The translations under genes were made by a program, and so were the position numbers. Source: Candidatus Marinacidobacterales bacterium (GTDB lineage: Bacteria; Acidobacteriota; Vicinamibacteria; Marinacidobacterales; DATDRI01). Taken from it: 64,000 nt of DNA. The stretch is from NCBI GenBank assembly GCA_965219415.1, contig OZ244742.1, positions 32,001 through 96,000 of the forward strand. The letters are read 5' to 3'. Below the pieces are notes generated by a model, which searched no databases, was not told where the DNA came from, and saw only the letters and a program-made list of their open reading frames with translations. This document shows, piece by piece, positions 39,504 through 52,082 of this stretch (the first letter of the stretch is position 1; each line of letters opens with the position of its first letter).

Positions 39504-40982
39504 CTAATTGGTGAAGGGGCTGCTATAGAGATTCTTCCGCTGGTTGGAGGGAGGGATGCGCAGCTCCTCGCGATACTTGGCGATGGTTCTTCTGGCGAGC
39601 CTCAGTCCTTCCCTCTCGAGGATGCTGACGATCTTGGAATCGGAGAGTGGTCGCTTGGTATTTTCCTCCTCGACGATCTTTCTGATTCTCTGCTTGATCG
39701 TGACCGAGGAAACGGCCTCGCCGTAGGTACTGGCGATACCGCTGTGAAAGAAGTATTTCATTTCGAAGACACCCTGAACGGTGTGTATGTATTTGTTGCT
39801 GACCACCCGCGACACCGTCGATTCGTGCATACCGATGTCGATCGCCACATCCCTGAGAACCAGCGGACGCAAATGCTCCAGCCCGTTATCCAGGAACTCT
39901 TTCTGCTGACGTACGATGCTTTGCGATACTTTGTAAATCGTCTTCTGGCGCTGGTCTACAGACTTGATGAGCCACAGGGCGTTTCGCAACTTCTCCTTAA
40001 CGTACGACCGTGTCGCTTCGTTGTCCGCCGACTTGTTCTCCAGCATTCGCCGATACACAGAGCTTATGCGCAGCTGCGGCAAGCGATCCTCGTTCAGAAC
40101 GATCTCATATTTGTCGTCCACCTTGACCACGTAAACGTCTGGAGTAACGTACTGGCTCTTTTTCGGGTTGTGCTTCGAGCCCGGTTTCGGGTCGAGCCGC
40201 CGGATGATCTCGCAACGCTCCAAGACTTCATCCATCGGAATGCCGAGGGCCTTGGCGAGCTCGTTGAACCGGTGGCTCTGCAGTAGGTCTAAATGGTTGG
40301 CGACCATAGACTCTACCACCAGGTCCTCGACATCCAGGTGCTTGAGCTGGATCAAGAGACACTCGCGTAGGTCTCTCGCAGCGACGCCGATGGGATCGAA
40401 TTCCTGCACGACCGCGAGTGCCTTCTCGACATCTGCTTGCTTGTAGTTGCCCATGGAGCAGATTTCTTCGACCGAGGCCTGCAGGTATCCATCATCGTCG
40501 ACGTTGCCGACAATCGCGTGGCCGATCTCTAGCATGAGAGCCTCTGCGCTCGACATGCGAAGCTGCCAATCCAGGTGATCTGCTAACGAGGAAGACGTGG
40601 CAAGGGTATTCTCGATGGGAGGAAGCTCGGGAACCTCGTACGGCGTTCGCGGCCGGTAACCGTCGTCGAGGTAATCGCTGAAGAACGACTCATAGTCTAT
40701 CTCCGAAAACGAGTCGTCGTCCTTGTCTGGCGCCTTCTCTTCAGTCTCGGCGGTCTGTTGGGTTTCGGCAGTCTCCGTTTTTTCCTCGTTGCTGCTCGCT
40801 TCTTCCTTTTGGTTCTCGACCTCGTCTTCGAGGAGTGGATTCTCGGTGAGCTCTTGGTTCAGCATCTCAGCGAGCTCGAGGGTCGACATGGGTAGCAGCT
40901 TGATAGCCTGCTGCAAGGAGGGCGTGAGGATGAGCTTTTGCGAGAGCTTGGCTTGAAGCGCTAGCTTTTGATACATCGCCAT
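39504..40982 (-). CDS. rpoN: RNA polymerase sigma-54
   Basis: LTPSLQQAIKLL, HESTVSR, RpoN box ARRTIAKYRE. Confidence 0.97.
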   Translation of the reverse strand: MAMYQKLALQAKLSQKLILTPSLQQAIKLLPMSTLELAEMLNQELTENPLLEDEVENQKEEASSNEEKTETAETQQTAETEEKAPDKDDDSFSEIDYESFFSDYLDDGYRPRTPYEVPELPPIENTLATSSSLADHLDWQLRMSSAEALMLEIGHAIVGNVDDDGYLQASVEEICSMGNYKQADVEKALAVVQEFDPIGVAARDLRECLLIQLKHLDVEDLVVESMVANHLDLLQSHRFNELAKALGIPMDEVLERCEIIRRLDPKPGSKHNPKKSQYVTPDVYVVKVDDKYEIVLNEDRLPQLRISSVYRRMLENKSADNEATRSYVKEKLRNALWLIKSVDQRQKTIYKVSQSIVRQQKEFLDNGLEHLRPLVLRDVAIDIGMHESTVSRVVSNKYIHTVQGVFEMKYFFHSGIASTYGEAVSSVTIKQRIRKIVEEENTKRPLSDSKIVSILEREGLRLARRTIAKYREELRIPPSNQRKNLYSSPFTN

Positions 40983-41054
40983 GCCTGAGACTCCCGTTTT
41001 GCCGAAGAGGGTCCTCGCTAGCTTCTGCCGCGCTCTCACTAACAGCGGGTAGCG

Positions 41055-41783
41055 CTAGTCGAGTCTAAATTCTTCTCCCAAATACACCCGGCGTACCTCT
41101 TCATCGGTCGCTAGTTCGGCCGGTGATCCGGCGCGGAAGATGCGGCCCTCGTTCATAATGTACGCACGGTCGGTGATTTGGAGCGTTTCCCTCACGTTGT
41201 GGTCCGTTATCAAAATTCCAATCCCGCGTGATTTGAGATGATGAACAATTTTTTGAATGTCCCCTACTGCAATTGGATCGATGCCGGCAAATGGTTCGTC
41301 GAGAAGCATGAAGGATGGAGAGGTGACGAGGGCGCGCGTAATTTCAGCACGTCGCCGCTCCCCGCCGGATAGGGTATAGGCCCTAGCTTTGGCCTTGCTG
41401 GTGAGGCCCAGCTCACCGAGGAGTGCTCCCAACCGGCGCTGCTTCTCGCCCGGGCGCAGCGGAAGTGTTTCCAAGATGGCGAGAACGTTTTCTTCGACCG
41501 TGAGTTTGCGAAATATAGAGGGCTCTTGGGGGAGGTAGTTGATCCCGCTACGGGCCCGCAGATACATCGGGAGCAGCGTGATGTCCTTGTTGTTGAGATA
41601 AACATTCCCTTCATCGGGTCGAGTTAGCCCTACCACCATGTGGAAGGTCGTCGTCTTCCCGGCACCGTTCGGCCCCAGGAGGCCTACAACCTCACCCTCG
41701 TGAACCTCTAGGCTTACGTCGTCGACCACTTTTCGTCGACGAAAAGACTTCGCTAGCGACCGTGCCCTCAATATTTGCATCAA
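41055..41783 (-). CDS. lptB: LPS export ABC ATPase
   Basis: [44 protein letters not shown]. Confidence 0.96.
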   Translation of the reverse strand: MMQILRARSLAKSFRRRKVVDDVSLEVHEGEVVGLLGPNGAGKTTTFHMVVGLTRPDEGNVYLNNKDITLLPMYLRARSGINYLPQEPSIFRKLTVEENVLAILETLPLRPGEKQRRLGALLGELGLTSKAKARAYTLSGGERRRAEITRALVTSPSFMLLDEPFAGIDPIAVGDIQKIVHHLKSRGIGILITDHNVRETLQITDRAYIMNEGRIFRAGSPAELATDEEVRRVYLGEEFRLD

Positions 41784-43853
41784 TTAGGGGCGCGATCCGG
41801 AATATGTGGTCTTCGTGCGGCGTTGTTCCCTGCCGTCGATAAAAATCTTATCGTCCGACAGAAAGAAAGTCAACTCCTTGCCTTCTGTGACTTTATCGCC
41901 ATCTTCGAGGGTCGCTCGTTCGCCGCTCACGTGTACCTCTTCGCGCGCTGGCACGTATGTTGCTGTCTCGCCGCGAGCCTTCCCGGTGGCCGATTCGATC
42001 TCCACGTTCCCCTCCGCATCGATCTGCTTGACCGCCTCGCCCCCCTCTTCGAAGTTCACATCCACCTTTTCCCCACGGAGGACGAAGTCCCCCGAGGTCA
42101 TCACAACCTCCTTGGTGTAGGTCAGCACCTCGTCTTTCGAGCGGTAGAGAAGATGCCCCGCCCGGGTGTAGGTCAACTGCGGCTTCGCCGGTTCGCCGCC
42201 CCCACGCTCTTGGTCGTCTCCGGTCTCGTCACCGACCACACTCGGAGATGCTTTTTGCGGGAGCGTGGTGCGGACGGAGTCGGTTGCCTCCAGTTCTCCT
42301 TTGGCTTGCGACACCGCGATGCGCTCCGCCTCCAAGCGATTGGTCCCCTGGAAGCCTCGTGCCGCTCCGCTGTAAATGGCCAAGTCTTGCGCCCGGTCGT
42401 ACACGAGGTGCTCCGCCAAGAAATAGACCAGGTCGTCCTTCTCGCCGGGCAAAAAACCGATACTATCCGACGATGCCGAGGCCATCGTGGAACGCACCCG
42501 ACCAATGGCTTCGAGCGCACCGGTGACGACTTGAATCCGCACCTCTTCGGCTTCCAATTCCGCGCCCGCATCCCATAGACGTGGTGACTCGGTAAGAGTT
42601 AGAAGTTCCCGCTGTGAGCGGTAGAGTCCTTCCTCGGCTTCGGCGTGCAAATCGCCATGGGAAAACTTGACCTGATGTGAGCATTTCGCCATGCGCAGCT
42701 CTCCGGTCTCGGGATCAAATCGACTCTCGAGCTCACGCGCCGTGACTCGTCGAACTTCCTCCGGTTTGCCCCCCTCCGGCTCGAGAGTGAGCACGACGTT
42801 GCCACGCCCGTTAAGGAGGTTCAACCGTCCCTCCTCGTCGAACTGGAAGACGAGCGTATTTCCCTCCAGCTGACGTCTCATCCCCAGCTTCTTGGCGGAC
42901 GAAACGGGAGGCTCGAGGGTAAGCTTCGCATCCTTTGTGGCACGCATGCGCCTCATCGTGCTCCCGTCCGGCCGAAACTCCACTTCGAGTCTCTGGCTGG
43001 TCAAGCGCTTTCGGCCAGGCTGGTCGAGAGGACGGACCGCGTGATCTTGCTCTGCGTCTGTTTCGGTGTTTTCTGTCGCAGCATCGAGCACCATTCGCAC
43101 GTCCCGCTCGGCGACGAGTTCCTCGATGCCGCTTTCGTCCTCTGTCATGTGTAGCCGGAGCAAGCCGCTTCTCAAACGATATGAGCCTTGGCGGACTCTC
43201 ACGTCGTCGATGAATCGGACCAGTCTCTCGCGGCGTCGGATCTTGGCCCAGACGCTCTCCACATGAACGGGTTCGCCGCCATCATCGGGAGTGAACGTCA
43301 TGGCGACGCCTTCTCCGAGCTCGAAGGCATTGCCGGCTACTTGGTACACCAGCCCGCCCGCTTCACCCACCAGGCCGCGGTGGAAATATTTAACGGGATC
43401 GTCCGTCCAAACCCGCTTCGGTTTGGGGCGATAGTCCATAGTCGGCGCTTCAATGCGCAAATGCTCCCCGTCTACGATGACGACGTTGCCTTCTAAATGG
43501 ACCTCCGAAGAGGCGACATCGTACTCGCAGACGTCGGCGGTCACCGTAAGGGGAACGGGTTCGGTCTTGCCGGCTTCGAACCGGATCTCCACATCACGAA
43601 ACGTTTGGGTGTCCTCGGATTGCCCGACGCTCTCGGCAGCTCTCAGCTCGAAGACTTTCTCGCCATCGGCATCGAGGCGAGAGATCTCGACGCCGCGCGC
43701 CATCGGGTCGTCTCGATTGGCGGGAAGGACTGTAGATGAAGAACGCTTCGAAGCGTTGTAGGAGGTTAAAAACTGATACGCCAAAACCGCGCTAAAACAT
43801 ACCAGAACGGCGGCCAGCAGTTGCTTGACCCGGCGAATCTGGTTGAGAGTCAT
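41784..43853 (-). CDS. LptC/LptA(OstA)-like multi-jellyroll periplasmic protein
   Basis: N-terminal TM, repeated beta-rich units (A.GNV, L.E.P.L); directly upstream of lptB. Confidence 0.8.
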   Translation of the reverse strand: MTLNQIRRVKQLLAAVLVCFSAVLAYQFLTSYNASKRSSSTVLPANRDDPMARGVEISRLDADGEKVFELRAAESVGQSEDTQTFRDVEIRFEAGKTEPVPLTVTADVCEYDVASSEVHLEGNVVIVDGEHLRIEAPTMDYRPKPKRVWTDDPVKYFHRGLVGEAGGLVYQVAGNAFELGEGVAMTFTPDDGGEPVHVESVWAKIRRRERLVRFIDDVRVRQGSYRLRSGLLRLHMTEDESGIEELVAERDVRMVLDAATENTETDAEQDHAVRPLDQPGRKRLTSQRLEVEFRPDGSTMRRMRATKDAKLTLEPPVSSAKKLGMRRQLEGNTLVFQFDEEGRLNLLNGRGNVVLTLEPEGGKPEEVRRVTARELESRFDPETGELRMAKCSHQVKFSHGDLHAEAEEGLYRSQRELLTLTESPRLWDAGAELEAEEVRIQVVTGALEAIGRVRSTMASASSDSIGFLPGEKDDLVYFLAEHLVYDRAQDLAIYSGAARGFQGTNRLEAERIAVSQAKGELEATDSVRTTLPQKASPSVVGDETGDDQERGGGEPAKPQLTYTRAGHLLYRSKDEVLTYTKEVVMTSGDFVLRGEKVDVNFEEGGEAVKQIDAEGNVEIESATGKARGETATYVPAREEVHVSGERATLEDGDKVTEGKELTFFLSDDKIFIDGREQRRTKTTYSGSRP

Positions 43854-44818
43854 TAGCCGCTTTCTTGTTCGAGGCTCACGCTGCCCATTTGGCGAAACTT
43901 TTGGTAGCGTGCCTCGAGCCGCTCCTCGGAGTTCATCGTTTCAACCCGCGCCAGGCTCCGCACCAGGTAGTCGTCGAGAATCTCCGCGGTACGACGATGA
44001 TCGCTGTGGGCGCCGCCCAGCGGCTCGGGAACGACCTCATCGATCAGTCCGAAAGACAGAAGGTCTTGAGCAGTCAGTCTCAAACCGTTGGCCGCAGTTT
44101 CCGCTTTCCCGGTATGCTTCCACAGAATCGCCGCACACCCTTCGGGGGAAATAACAGAGTAGATGGAATGCTCGAGCATGAGGATCTCGTCGCCGATGGC
44201 GATGGCCAATGCGCCGCCGCTCCCCCCTTCGCCGGTCACCGTCACCACGATGGGCGTATCGAGTCGAGCGATTTCGCGGATGTTGTACGCGATCGCTTCC
44301 GCCTGTCCACGTTCCTCGGCGTCGAGGCCCGGGTAGGCTCCGGGCGTATCGACGAACGCAAACAGCGGACGTCGGAATTTTTCCGCCAAACGCATCACGC
44401 GCATCGCCTTGCGATAGCCTTCCGGTTTGGGCATCCCGAAGTTGCGAAAAATTTTCTGGTTGGTGTCCCGCCCCTTTTGATGGCCGACCACGAAGACCGG
44501 GCGGTCGTGATGCCAAGCCATTCCGGCGACGATGGCTGGATCGTCTGCGAAGCGCCGATCACCGTGGAGCTCGATGAAATCGCGGAAGAGCAGCTGGATG
44601 AAATCTCTCAAATAGGGTCGCTGTGGGTGCCGGGCTACCTGCACCTTCTGCCAAGGCGTGAGACGAGAAAAAATGTCCCGCCGCATCTGCTTCAGTTTTT
44701 GCTGGAGACGGGCGACCTCCGGCTCCTTGTTGGCCTCTTTCGGGTAGCCGGTGAGAGACTCGATCTCTTTCTGGAGCGCCACCAGAGGGGCTTCGAAGCC
44801 CAGTGAGTCCGCTGCCAT
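43853..44818 (-). CDS. accA: Acetyl-CoA carboxylase carboxyltransferase alpha
   Basis: ARHPQRP, RNFGMPKPEGYRKA, GEGGSGGALA, SVISPEGCA. Confidence 0.97.
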   Translation of the reverse strand: MAADSLGFEAPLVALQKEIESLTGYPKEANKEPEVARLQQKLKQMRRDIFSRLTPWQKVQVARHPQRPYLRDFIQLLFRDFIELHGDRRFADDPAIVAGMAWHHDRPVFVVGHQKGRDTNQKIFRNFGMPKPEGYRKAMRVMRLAEKFRRPLFAFVDTPGAYPGLDAEERGQAEAIAYNIREIARLDTPIVVTVTGEGGSGGALAIAIGDEILMLEHSIYSVISPEGCAAILWKHTGKAETAANGLRLTAQDLLSFGLIDEVVPEPLGGAHSDHRRTAEILDDYLVRSLARVETMNSEERLEARYQKFRQMGSVSLEQESG

Positions 44819-45011
44819 AGCAGACCAGTCTAGCAGGAAACCGCGAGGGACGGGAAGCGCGGGGCCTAACCTGCTTTTCTGGAAGGTGTTTAGCCGATTG
44901 GCGGGGTTTCCGAGACGCTTTCGAGGTCACGCGGTTGCGCGTGATCTGCATTCGCGATATGACAACGCAATGTATTCCTAAACGAACGGAGACATAGGCC
45001 TGACTCGAAGC

Positions 45012-45977
45012 GTGAAGTTTCTGCTCGCCCTCGTGCTGGCGGTGAGCTGTAGCGACAGTACACCTACTTCGCCGAGCTTCAGCCTCTCCGAGCTTTGCGA
45101 ATATCGCTCCCTCGAGCGCGTTTCCGGCGGGGACGGTTCTCCGCATCGTCTCCGGTGCGGCTGGGACACCCGTCGGGGGCGCCGAGGTTGAGGTCGGCGG
45201 TACTTTCTACGAAACCGACGCCACCGGCCGGCTAACCCTATCTACCGGGGTCGAACGGGACACGCGGTTGGACATCGCAGCCGACGGATTTCTGGATCGT
45301 GAGACTCTCCTTCGAACGCCGGACAGCACCCGCCTCACCCTCTGGCCGCGCGAGCATTCGAGCGGGATCACACCGAAGAGTTCACAAGAAACATCGTGTA
45401 TGGCGGCCCTGGCGCGCTCCACGGCTTGATACGACTCCCTTTGGGCGAATCGGATGCCTACGTTGTGCCGTCTTAGCAGATACGAAATGACGTCCATGCC
45501 ATACGAGCGGTAAATACTGCCGCCGCCAACTTCGGGAAGGCCACACGCGGGGAACTCCGGTTCATTGTCACGGAGAGGCCCCCTTCCGGCGCGGTGGTCT
45601 TCGACCTCGAAGTCGACCCCAACCATCCGGATGTGGTGGGTTTCGCTGCGGTCGCCTTGCGGGAATTCCAGGGGTTTTCGATCGTGGGAGGATCCGCGAT
45701 CTTCGATTCCATCGAGAGGGTTCGCACGTCCACGACCCCACATGAGTTGGGGCATCTGTACGGCCTCGGGCATACCAGCGGCACCAAAGACGTGATGAAT
45801 ACCTTCCGGCGGCGGGGTACCATTGAGCGGTTCCACCCCCGCGAGGAGGTTACGATGCGGCTCATGCTTCAACGACTCCCGAGAAACGAGTTCCCCGACG
45901 GCGATAGGAATGTCCGGACTCCGTCCGCCCTCATGGCCGGAGAAGCGAGGGTTTCCGTCGTCCGTTGCCCATATTGA
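45012..45977 (+). pseudogene. Lipoprotein with matrixin-like zinc metalloprotease domain, frameshifted
   Basis: VKFLLALVLAVSC lipobox; HELGHLYGLGH...DVM (HExxHxxGxxH plus Met-turn). Confidence 0.7.
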
Positions 45978-46025
45978 CAACAGACCCGCTGCGCCGATTG
46001 AAGCCTATTGGAAGGGAACGCGCCG

Positions 46026-46855
46026 CTACTCGGTGCCGGTCGAAAGGGCTCTGTAGACGCCTTCTATGTTGAGCTCGAGGTGCTCGTCGTATCGGCCCCA
46101 GTCCGCGTAGGCAGGAAGTTCCAGCGATTCTTGAATCTCTGCCAGAGTCTGCCCTTGATCTACTCGCTCTCGGACCGTCTCGATCAAGTCGGTGAAGTAT
46201 TGGACGTATTCGCCTACGTTCGCTTTCGTGCCGATAGCCCCGTGCCCGGGCGCCAGGATCTCGAAATCCAGCCTATCTAATTCCTTGAGCGCGGCGAGCC
46301 ATTCGGAGGGATTCGCGTTCCCGAGGGTGCGCCACGGGAGCCGCCTAGATGCGACCGCGTCCACCATGAACGCGACCTTGCGTTCGGGGACTAGAACAAT
46401 AATGTTACTGTCCGTCTCGGACGGGCCGGGGTAGATGAGCTGCACTTCCAGGTCGCCAAGGTGAAACGACATGAGGTCCGAGAACGTCATGTCGACCGGG
46501 ACGATGCTGCCCCCGGAATCCCCCGAAAGATGCCCCGGAACGTTCGCGTGTCCGACGACAACGGCCTCGTCGCCGAAAGCCGATCCGCCAGAGATGTGGT
46601 CATCATGGTGGTGGCTATAGACGATATACCGGATGGGCGCCTGACTGATCTTTCGCACCTCCTCGAAATAGCGCAACGCCTTTCGGGTGATTGAGGGTCG
46701 GTGACGAGGATCGCTTTGTCGGTCACGACGAAGAGTGAGCGATGGGCATTGTGTGTGTACAGGCAAACGTTATCCGCCAGCTTGTCGACGGTGATGGTCG
46801 GCTCTGCTTGAGCCGACAAGAAAAGCCAGCTACTGAGAACGAGTGTGATGATCAT
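46026..46855 (-). pseudogene. Secreted MBL-fold metallo-hydrolase, frameshift ~46690
   Basis: YSHHHDDHISG, FMVD, PGHG; signal peptide in ORF 46487-46885. Confidence 0.8.
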
Positions 46856-49800
46856 CGGTGCCTCCTGTCCCCCGCGAAGGTACATTCTCGGCGACGGCTT
46901 CGCCTTCGGTTGCCCCCTTACGGAAAAGCTGAACTGAGTCCGGACCGCACATGGCCTCGAGACTCGAGACGAGCTCCGGGCTGGGTCGTACTCTCAAAAA
47001 AGGATGGGTTTTCATAGCCAAGGAGAACTCCTGGTCGCGAAAGAGCTCGAAGCGGATAGTACATTCGCCTCGGTTAGCCTCCAGCAACTCCCGTAGATGA
47101 GGAACGGTATCTTCCAGGAACGACTCAATGGGAACACGGACCGTCATCGAGGAGGCTTCTCTCTGGCCCATTTCTTCGAGCGGTATCAGCTCGCTCGCTA
47201 AAATTTTGGGCAAGTCTTCCCCGCCCTCCGGCTTTCCCTTCACGAGCAACTCGGTGTCGACGCTCAGCAGGCCATAGTACTCCTTGTAAGCGTCGGGAAA
47301 TACCACGACCTCCGCCGCGCCCTCCTGGTCTTCCAGTCGCACGATAGCCATCGGGTCTCCCTTGCGAGTGCGGAGGGTCTTCACGCTTGCGATAAGACCT
47401 CCCACCGCCACTTCCCGCTCTCCGACCTTCTCCATGATCTGGCCCGTAGTGCAACTGGCGTAGCTCTCGAGCTCAGCGCGAAACCTCTCCAGCGGATGGC
47501 CGCTCAAGAAAAAGCCAAGCGTCGCCTTTTCGAAACCCAATCGCTCCCTCTCACTCCATTCGGGAAGGTCGGGTAGCCTCATCAGCTCGGGATGTCGCCG
47601 CGTGGCCTCGGCGTCACCGAAGAGGTTCGCCTGTCCGCTCTCTCGGTCGCGTTGGACGCGCTGCCCGTGGTCGAGCGCGCGGTCGATCATCCCGTAGAGT
47701 TGGGACCGCTTGCCTCCTAGTGTGTCGAGGCTACTGGACTTGATGAGCGCCTCGAGCACTCTCTTGTTCACCAAACGCAGGTCCACGTCCTCGCAAAGAT
47801 CGACCAGTGACTCGAAGCACCCTCCCCGGTTGCGCCGCGCTTCCAGGATCGACTCGATGGCCGATTCTCCGACGTTTTTGATAGCAGCCAGACCGAAACG
47901 GATCTCTCCCTCGACCACTGTGAAATCCAAGGCGCTCTCGTTGATGTCGGGGGGGAGAATCTTGATGCCCATCTTTCGCCCCACACTCAAATAGTGAACC
48001 ACCTTGTCGGTGTTTTGTCTTTCCGAGGTCAAGAGAGCGGCCATGAAGAAGACGGGATAGTTCGCCTTCAGATAGGCGGTTTGATAGGCCAAGAGCGCAT
48101 AGGCGGCGGAGTGTGAGCGGTTGAAACCATAACCGCCAAAATGCTCCATCAATTCGAATATCTTCTTTGCTTTCTTCTCCGGGATTTTGTTAGCGATCGC
48201 GCCAGTGATGAACTTCTCTCGCTGTGCCTCCATGACATCGGCCTTTTTCTTGCCCATCGCCTTTCGGAGGAGATCCGCCTGGCCGAGCGAGAAACCTGCC
48301 AGGCGGGAGGCGATCTGCATCACTTGCTCCTGGTAGACCATCACTCCCAACGTGTCCTCGAGGACCTCCTGCAGTGCCGGCACTTCGTAACGCACGGGAA
48401 CCTTGCCGTGCTTCCGCTTGATGAAGTCGTCGATCATTCCGCTCCGGATCGGTCCGGGACGGTAGAGCGCGTTTAGTGCGGTCAAGTCGTTTAGTTTTTC
48501 TGGCTTGAAGCGACGCAGTATGTCCCTCATGCCATCGCTTTCAAACTGGAAGATGCCGAACGTTTGCCCATCGGCGAAGAGCTGATAGGTCTTGGCATCG
48601 TCGAGCGGTAGGCGGTCGAGGTCGATCTTCTCTCCGAGTTGCTTGTCGATGAGCTTCACGCAGTTGTCGAGAAGCGTGAGGGTGCGAAGTCCCAAGAAGT
48701 CCATCTTGAGAAGACCGATGTCTTCGATGTCCTTCATCGCATACTGGGTCGTGATTTCACCTCGGCTCCCGCGATAGAGCGGGAGGAACTCGGTGAGAGG
48801 TTTCGGGGCGATCACCACGCCGGCGGCGTGCGTCGAGGCGTGTCGACTGACGCCTTCCAAGCGTTTGGCTACATCGAGCAGGCGGCTGATCCTCGGATCG
48901 GCTTCGGCGGCGTCTCGTAACTGGGGAACCTCTTCGACCGCCTTGTCGAGCGTTGCATCTAGTGTGGCCGGTATCATCTTCGCGATGCGATCGACATCTG
49001 CGTAAGGCACGTCCAGAACACGACCCACGTCCCGTGTCACCGCGCGGGCCTTCATCGTTCCGAAGGTAATGATCTGTGCGACGTTGTCCCGGCCGTAGCG
49101 CTCGGTGACGTAGTCGATCACTTCTCCACGACGCGCCTCGCAGAAATCGATGTCGATATCCGGCATGCTGATCCGCTCGGGGTTCAAGAAACGCTCGAAG
49201 ATGAGTCCGTGTTCCAGCGGATCGATGTCAGTGATGCGAAGGGAATAGGCGACGAGGCTCCCCGCGGCGGAGCCGCGGCCTGGCCCAACCGGGATCCCCT
49301 GTTCGCGCGCGAAGCGAATGAAATCCCACACGATGAGGAAATAGCCGGGGAAGCCCATTTTCTTGATGATTTCGATCTCTCGCTTGAGCCGGGGCTCGTA
49401 TTCGGCCATCGTGGTTCGAAGCTCTCCGGCTTCGTGGCGTTCGACGATCCGCTGCATCCGCTCTCGGAACCCCTCCGAGACGATCTTTTCGAAGTAACCT
49501 TCGACGGTGTCTCCTTCCGGCACGTCGAATTGCGGGAGGTGGAAGTTATCCCGCTCCAAATCCAAGCTGACCCGTTCTGCAATGGCGAGTGTGTTGTCAT
49601 ACGCTTCTTGGTAGCCCTGGAAGACCTCCGCCATCTCTTCGGAGGACTTGAAGTAGAACTCCTCTCCCCGGTACCGCATCCGGTCGCTGTCGGCGACTTT
49701 CTTACCCGTCCCGATGCAAAGTAGGATGTCGTGGGCTAGAGCATCTTCACGGCGTATGTAATGACAGTCGTTGGTAGCAACCGTCGGCAAACCCGTCTTC

Positions 49801-50408
49801 TGCGCCAGAGCCATCAGTTGGGTATTGACGGTGACTTCCTCTTCGAGCCCTTGGTCTTGGATCTCGAGAAAAAAATTCCCCTTGCCCAAGATGTCTTCGT
49901 AGGTCCCGGCGGCCTTCAGCATCGCAGCTTCGGCGCCTCGAAGCGCCGCGGAGGGCACCTCTCCTTTGAGGCATGCGGACAGACCGATGAGGCCCTCCGA
50001 GTGAGTCGCAAGGAGCTCCTTGTCGATTCGCGGCCTATAGTAAAACCCTTCGAGGTAGCCGGCGGTGACCAACTTCATGAGGTTGGTGTAGCCTTTGTAA
50101 CTTTCCGCCAGCAGGACCAAGTGGTTGTTGGTATCGGAAATTCCGCCACCGAGAGAGCGGTCGAAGCGATTACCCGGCGCGACGTAGATCTCACAGCCCA
50201 GAATCGGCTTGATGCCTTTTTCCTTCGCCGCTTGAAAAAAGGCGATAGCGCCGAACATGTTCCCGTGGTCTGTGAGTGCTACGGCGGGCATTTTGAACTG
50301 TGCGGCGAGATCGATGATCTCGGGCACACGACTCGCCCCGTCGAGCAGCGAGAAATCGCTGTGGTTGTGAAGGTGAACAAAAGGTCGCACGCTCTCCCCT
50401 ACTCCCAT
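46830..50408 (-). CDS. dnaE: DNA polymerase III alpha subunit
   Basis: [49 protein letters not shown] fold. Confidence 0.98.
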   Translation of the reverse strand: MGVGESVRPFVHLHNHSDFSLLDGASRVPEIIDLAAQFKMPAVALTDHGNMFGAIAFFQAAKEKGIKPILGCEIYVAPGNRFDRSLGGGISDTNNHLVLLAESYKGYTNLMKLVTAGYLEGFYYRPRIDKELLATHSEGLIGLSACLKGEVPSAALRGAEAAMLKAAGTYEDILGKGNFFLEIQDQGLEEEVTVNTQLMALAQKTGLPTVATNDCHYIRREDALAHDILLCIGTGKKVADSDRMRYRGEEFYFKSSEEMAEVFQGYQEAYDNTLAIAERVSLDLERDNFHLPQFDVPEGDTVEGYFEKIVSEGFRERMQRIVERHEAGELRTTMAEYEPRLKREIEIIKKMGFPGYFLIVWDFIRFAREQGIPVGPGRGSAAGSLVAYSLRITDIDPLEHGLIFERFLNPERISMPDIDIDFCEARRGEVIDYVTERYGRDNVAQIITFGTMKARAVTRDVGRVLDVPYADVDRIAKMIPATLDATLDKAVEEVPQLRDAAEADPRISRLLDVAKRLEGVSRHASTHAAGVVIAPKPLTEFLPLYRGSRGEITTQYAMKDIEDIGLLKMDFLGLRTLTLLDNCVKLIDKQLGEKIDLDRLPLDDAKTYQLFADGQTFGIFQFESDGMRDILRRFKPEKLNDLTALNALYRPGPIRSGMIDDFIKRKHGKVPVRYEVPALQEVLEDTLGVMVYQEQVMQIASRLAGFSLGQADLLRKAMGKKKADVMEAQREKFITGAIANKIPEKKAKKIFELMEHFGGYGFNRSHSAAYALLAYQTAYLKANYPVFFMAALLTSERQNTDKVVHYLSVGRKMGIKILPPDINESALDFTVVEGEIRFGLAAIKNVGESAIESILEARRNRGGCFESLVDLCEDVDLRLVNKRVLEALIKSSSLDTLGGKRSQLYGMIDRALDHGQRVQRDRESGQANLFGDAEATRRHPELMRLPDLPEWSERERLGFEKATLGFFLSGHPLERFRAELESYASCTTGQIMEKVGEREVAVGGLIASVKTLRTRKGDPMAIVRLEDQEGAAEVVVFPDAYKEYYGLLSVDTELLVKGKPEGGEDLPKILASELIPLEEMGQREASSMTVRVPIESFLEDTVPHLRELLEANRGECTIRFELFRDQEFSLAMKTHPFLRVRPSPELVSSLEAMCGPDSVQLFRKGATEGEAVAENVPSRGTGGTDDHHTRSQ

Positions 50409-51964
50409 TCGATGGTGGCGGGTGGTTTGGACGAAATATCGTATACCACGCGATTGACCCCGCGGACCTCACCGATGATCCGACTGGACACTCTTTCGAG
50501 AAGCTCCGGTGGTAGTTTGGCCCAATCCGCGGTCATACCGTCTACGCTTTCCACCGCGCGGATGGCGATCGCGTTTTCATATGTGCGGGCGTCACCCATC
50601 ACCCCTACACTTTTCACCGGCAGGAGGACCGCGAAGGACTGCCAGAGCTTCTCGTACAGACCTCCGCCCTTGATCTCCGACTGGAGGATATCGTCCGCCT
50701 CGCGCAGGATGGCGCACCTCTCGGCGGTGACACCACCGAGAATTCGCACCGCCAAGCCGGGGCCGGGGAAGGGTTGCCGCTGGACGAACGTCTGATCGAG
50801 TCCGAGCTCAACACCTAACTGACGCACTTCGTCTTTGAAGAGCTCACGGAGTGGTTCGATGAGCTTGAACTTGAGCCGGCGTGGGAGGCCACCGACGTTG
50901 TGATGACTCTTGATCACGTGAGAAGCTCCGCGCAGCGACACGCTCTCGATCACGTCCGGATACAAGGTCCCTTGGGCCAAGAAACGAACGTCGGGAATCT
51001 TGCGGGCCTCCTCTTCGAAGACCGCGATGAACTCCCGGCCGATGATCTTTCGTTTCTTTTCCGGATCGGCCACGTTCTTGAGTCGCCGGAGAAAACGCGA
51101 AGAGGCATCCGCATGAATAACCTTGAGATGCAGTCTCTCTCCGAATCGCTCCATCACTTGTGCCGCTTCGTTCTTCCGTAGGAGGCCGTTGTCCACGAAA
51201 ACCGATGTGAGGCGGTCGCCGATGGCTCGGTGCACCAGAAGCGCGGTAACCGCGGAGTCGACTCCACCGGAAAGCGCGCATACCACCGAGTCCGAACCGA
51301 CCATTTCGCGAATCCGTTCCACGGACTCGCGGGTGAAGGAGCTCATGCTCCAATCCCCGGTAAGCGCACACACATCGAACGCGAAGTTTCGCAGGATCGC
51401 GGTGCCTTGCTCGGTGTGCGCGACCTCGGGGTGGAATTGCACTCCGAACAGCCCGCGGTCCACCTCTTCGAAGGCCGCGACCGGTGCCGACTCGGTGTGG
51501 GCAGTGACTTGGAACCCGGGTGGTGCTTTTTCGATGGAGTCCCCGTGGCTCGCCCAGACTCGAAGCGGAGAAGGAATACTTGCGAACAACCGACTCGAGC
51601 CGTTGAAGTGGAGGTTGGCGTACCCGTACTCCCGGCGCTCGGCGGCGCGAACTTCGGAGCCAAGCATCTGACTCATGAGCTGCATGCCGTAGCAGATCCC
51701 AAGGACGGGAACGCCCAGCTCTAGAAGACTCGAGCTGCAGCGCGGTGCGTCGGGCTCATAAACGCTCTGCGGGCCACCGGAAAGAATCAGGCCTCGGAGG
51801 GTACTCTGCGGGCTCCGAAGCCGCCGGTGGATTTCGTCCAGTGGCACGGAAAACGGAAGAATCTCGCAGTAGACCGACACCTCGCGGAGCCGGCGGGCGA
51901 TCAACTGCGTATACTGGGAGCCGAAATCGAGTATGAGAACGGTTGCGTGCGCCCTGACTGCCAT
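50399..51964 (-). CDS. guaA: GMP synthase (glutamine-hydrolysing)
   Basis: [42 protein letters not shown]. Confidence 0.98.
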   Translation of the reverse strand: MAVRAHATVLILDFGSQYTQLIARRLREVSVYCEILPFSVPLDEIHRRLRSPQSTLRGLILSGGPQSVYEPDAPRCSSSLLELGVPVLGICYGMQLMSQMLGSEVRAAERREYGYANLHFNGSSRLFASIPSPLRVWASHGDSIEKAPPGFQVTAHTESAPVAAFEEVDRGLFGVQFHPEVAHTEQGTAILRNFAFDVCALTGDWSMSSFTRESVERIREMVGSDSVVCALSGGVDSAVTALLVHRAIGDRLTSVFVDNGLLRKNEAAQVMERFGERLHLKVIHADASSRFLRRLKNVADPEKKRKIIGREFIAVFEEEARKIPDVRFLAQGTLYPDVIESVSLRGASHVIKSHHNVGGLPRRLKFKLIEPLRELFKDEVRQLGVELGLDQTFVQRQPFPGPGLAVRILGGVTAERCAILREADDILQSEIKGGGLYEKLWQSFAVLLPVKSVGVMGDARTYENAIAIRAVESVDGMTADWAKLPPELLERVSSRIIGEVRGVNRVVYDISSKPPATIEWE

Positions 51965-52082
51965 AGAATCTATTGAAGTGACGCATTATAAGCATGTAGC
52001 CTCCGGAACACAAGAACTAGTTATCCAGGAGGGCAGCCATCTTGTATCTTTAGGAGTGCTTGACTTCCTGCTCCCCACACCT

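Noticed and set aside
46830-50408. Intein in DnaE
   Set aside because: Normal length, with no intein splice motifs or insertion evident.
22458-50795. Long antisense ORFs (e.g. 22458-23372, 24486-25376, 27556-28419, 43865-44806, 49761-50795)
   Set aside because: Shadow frames of well-supported genes in GC-rich DNA, with no motifs.
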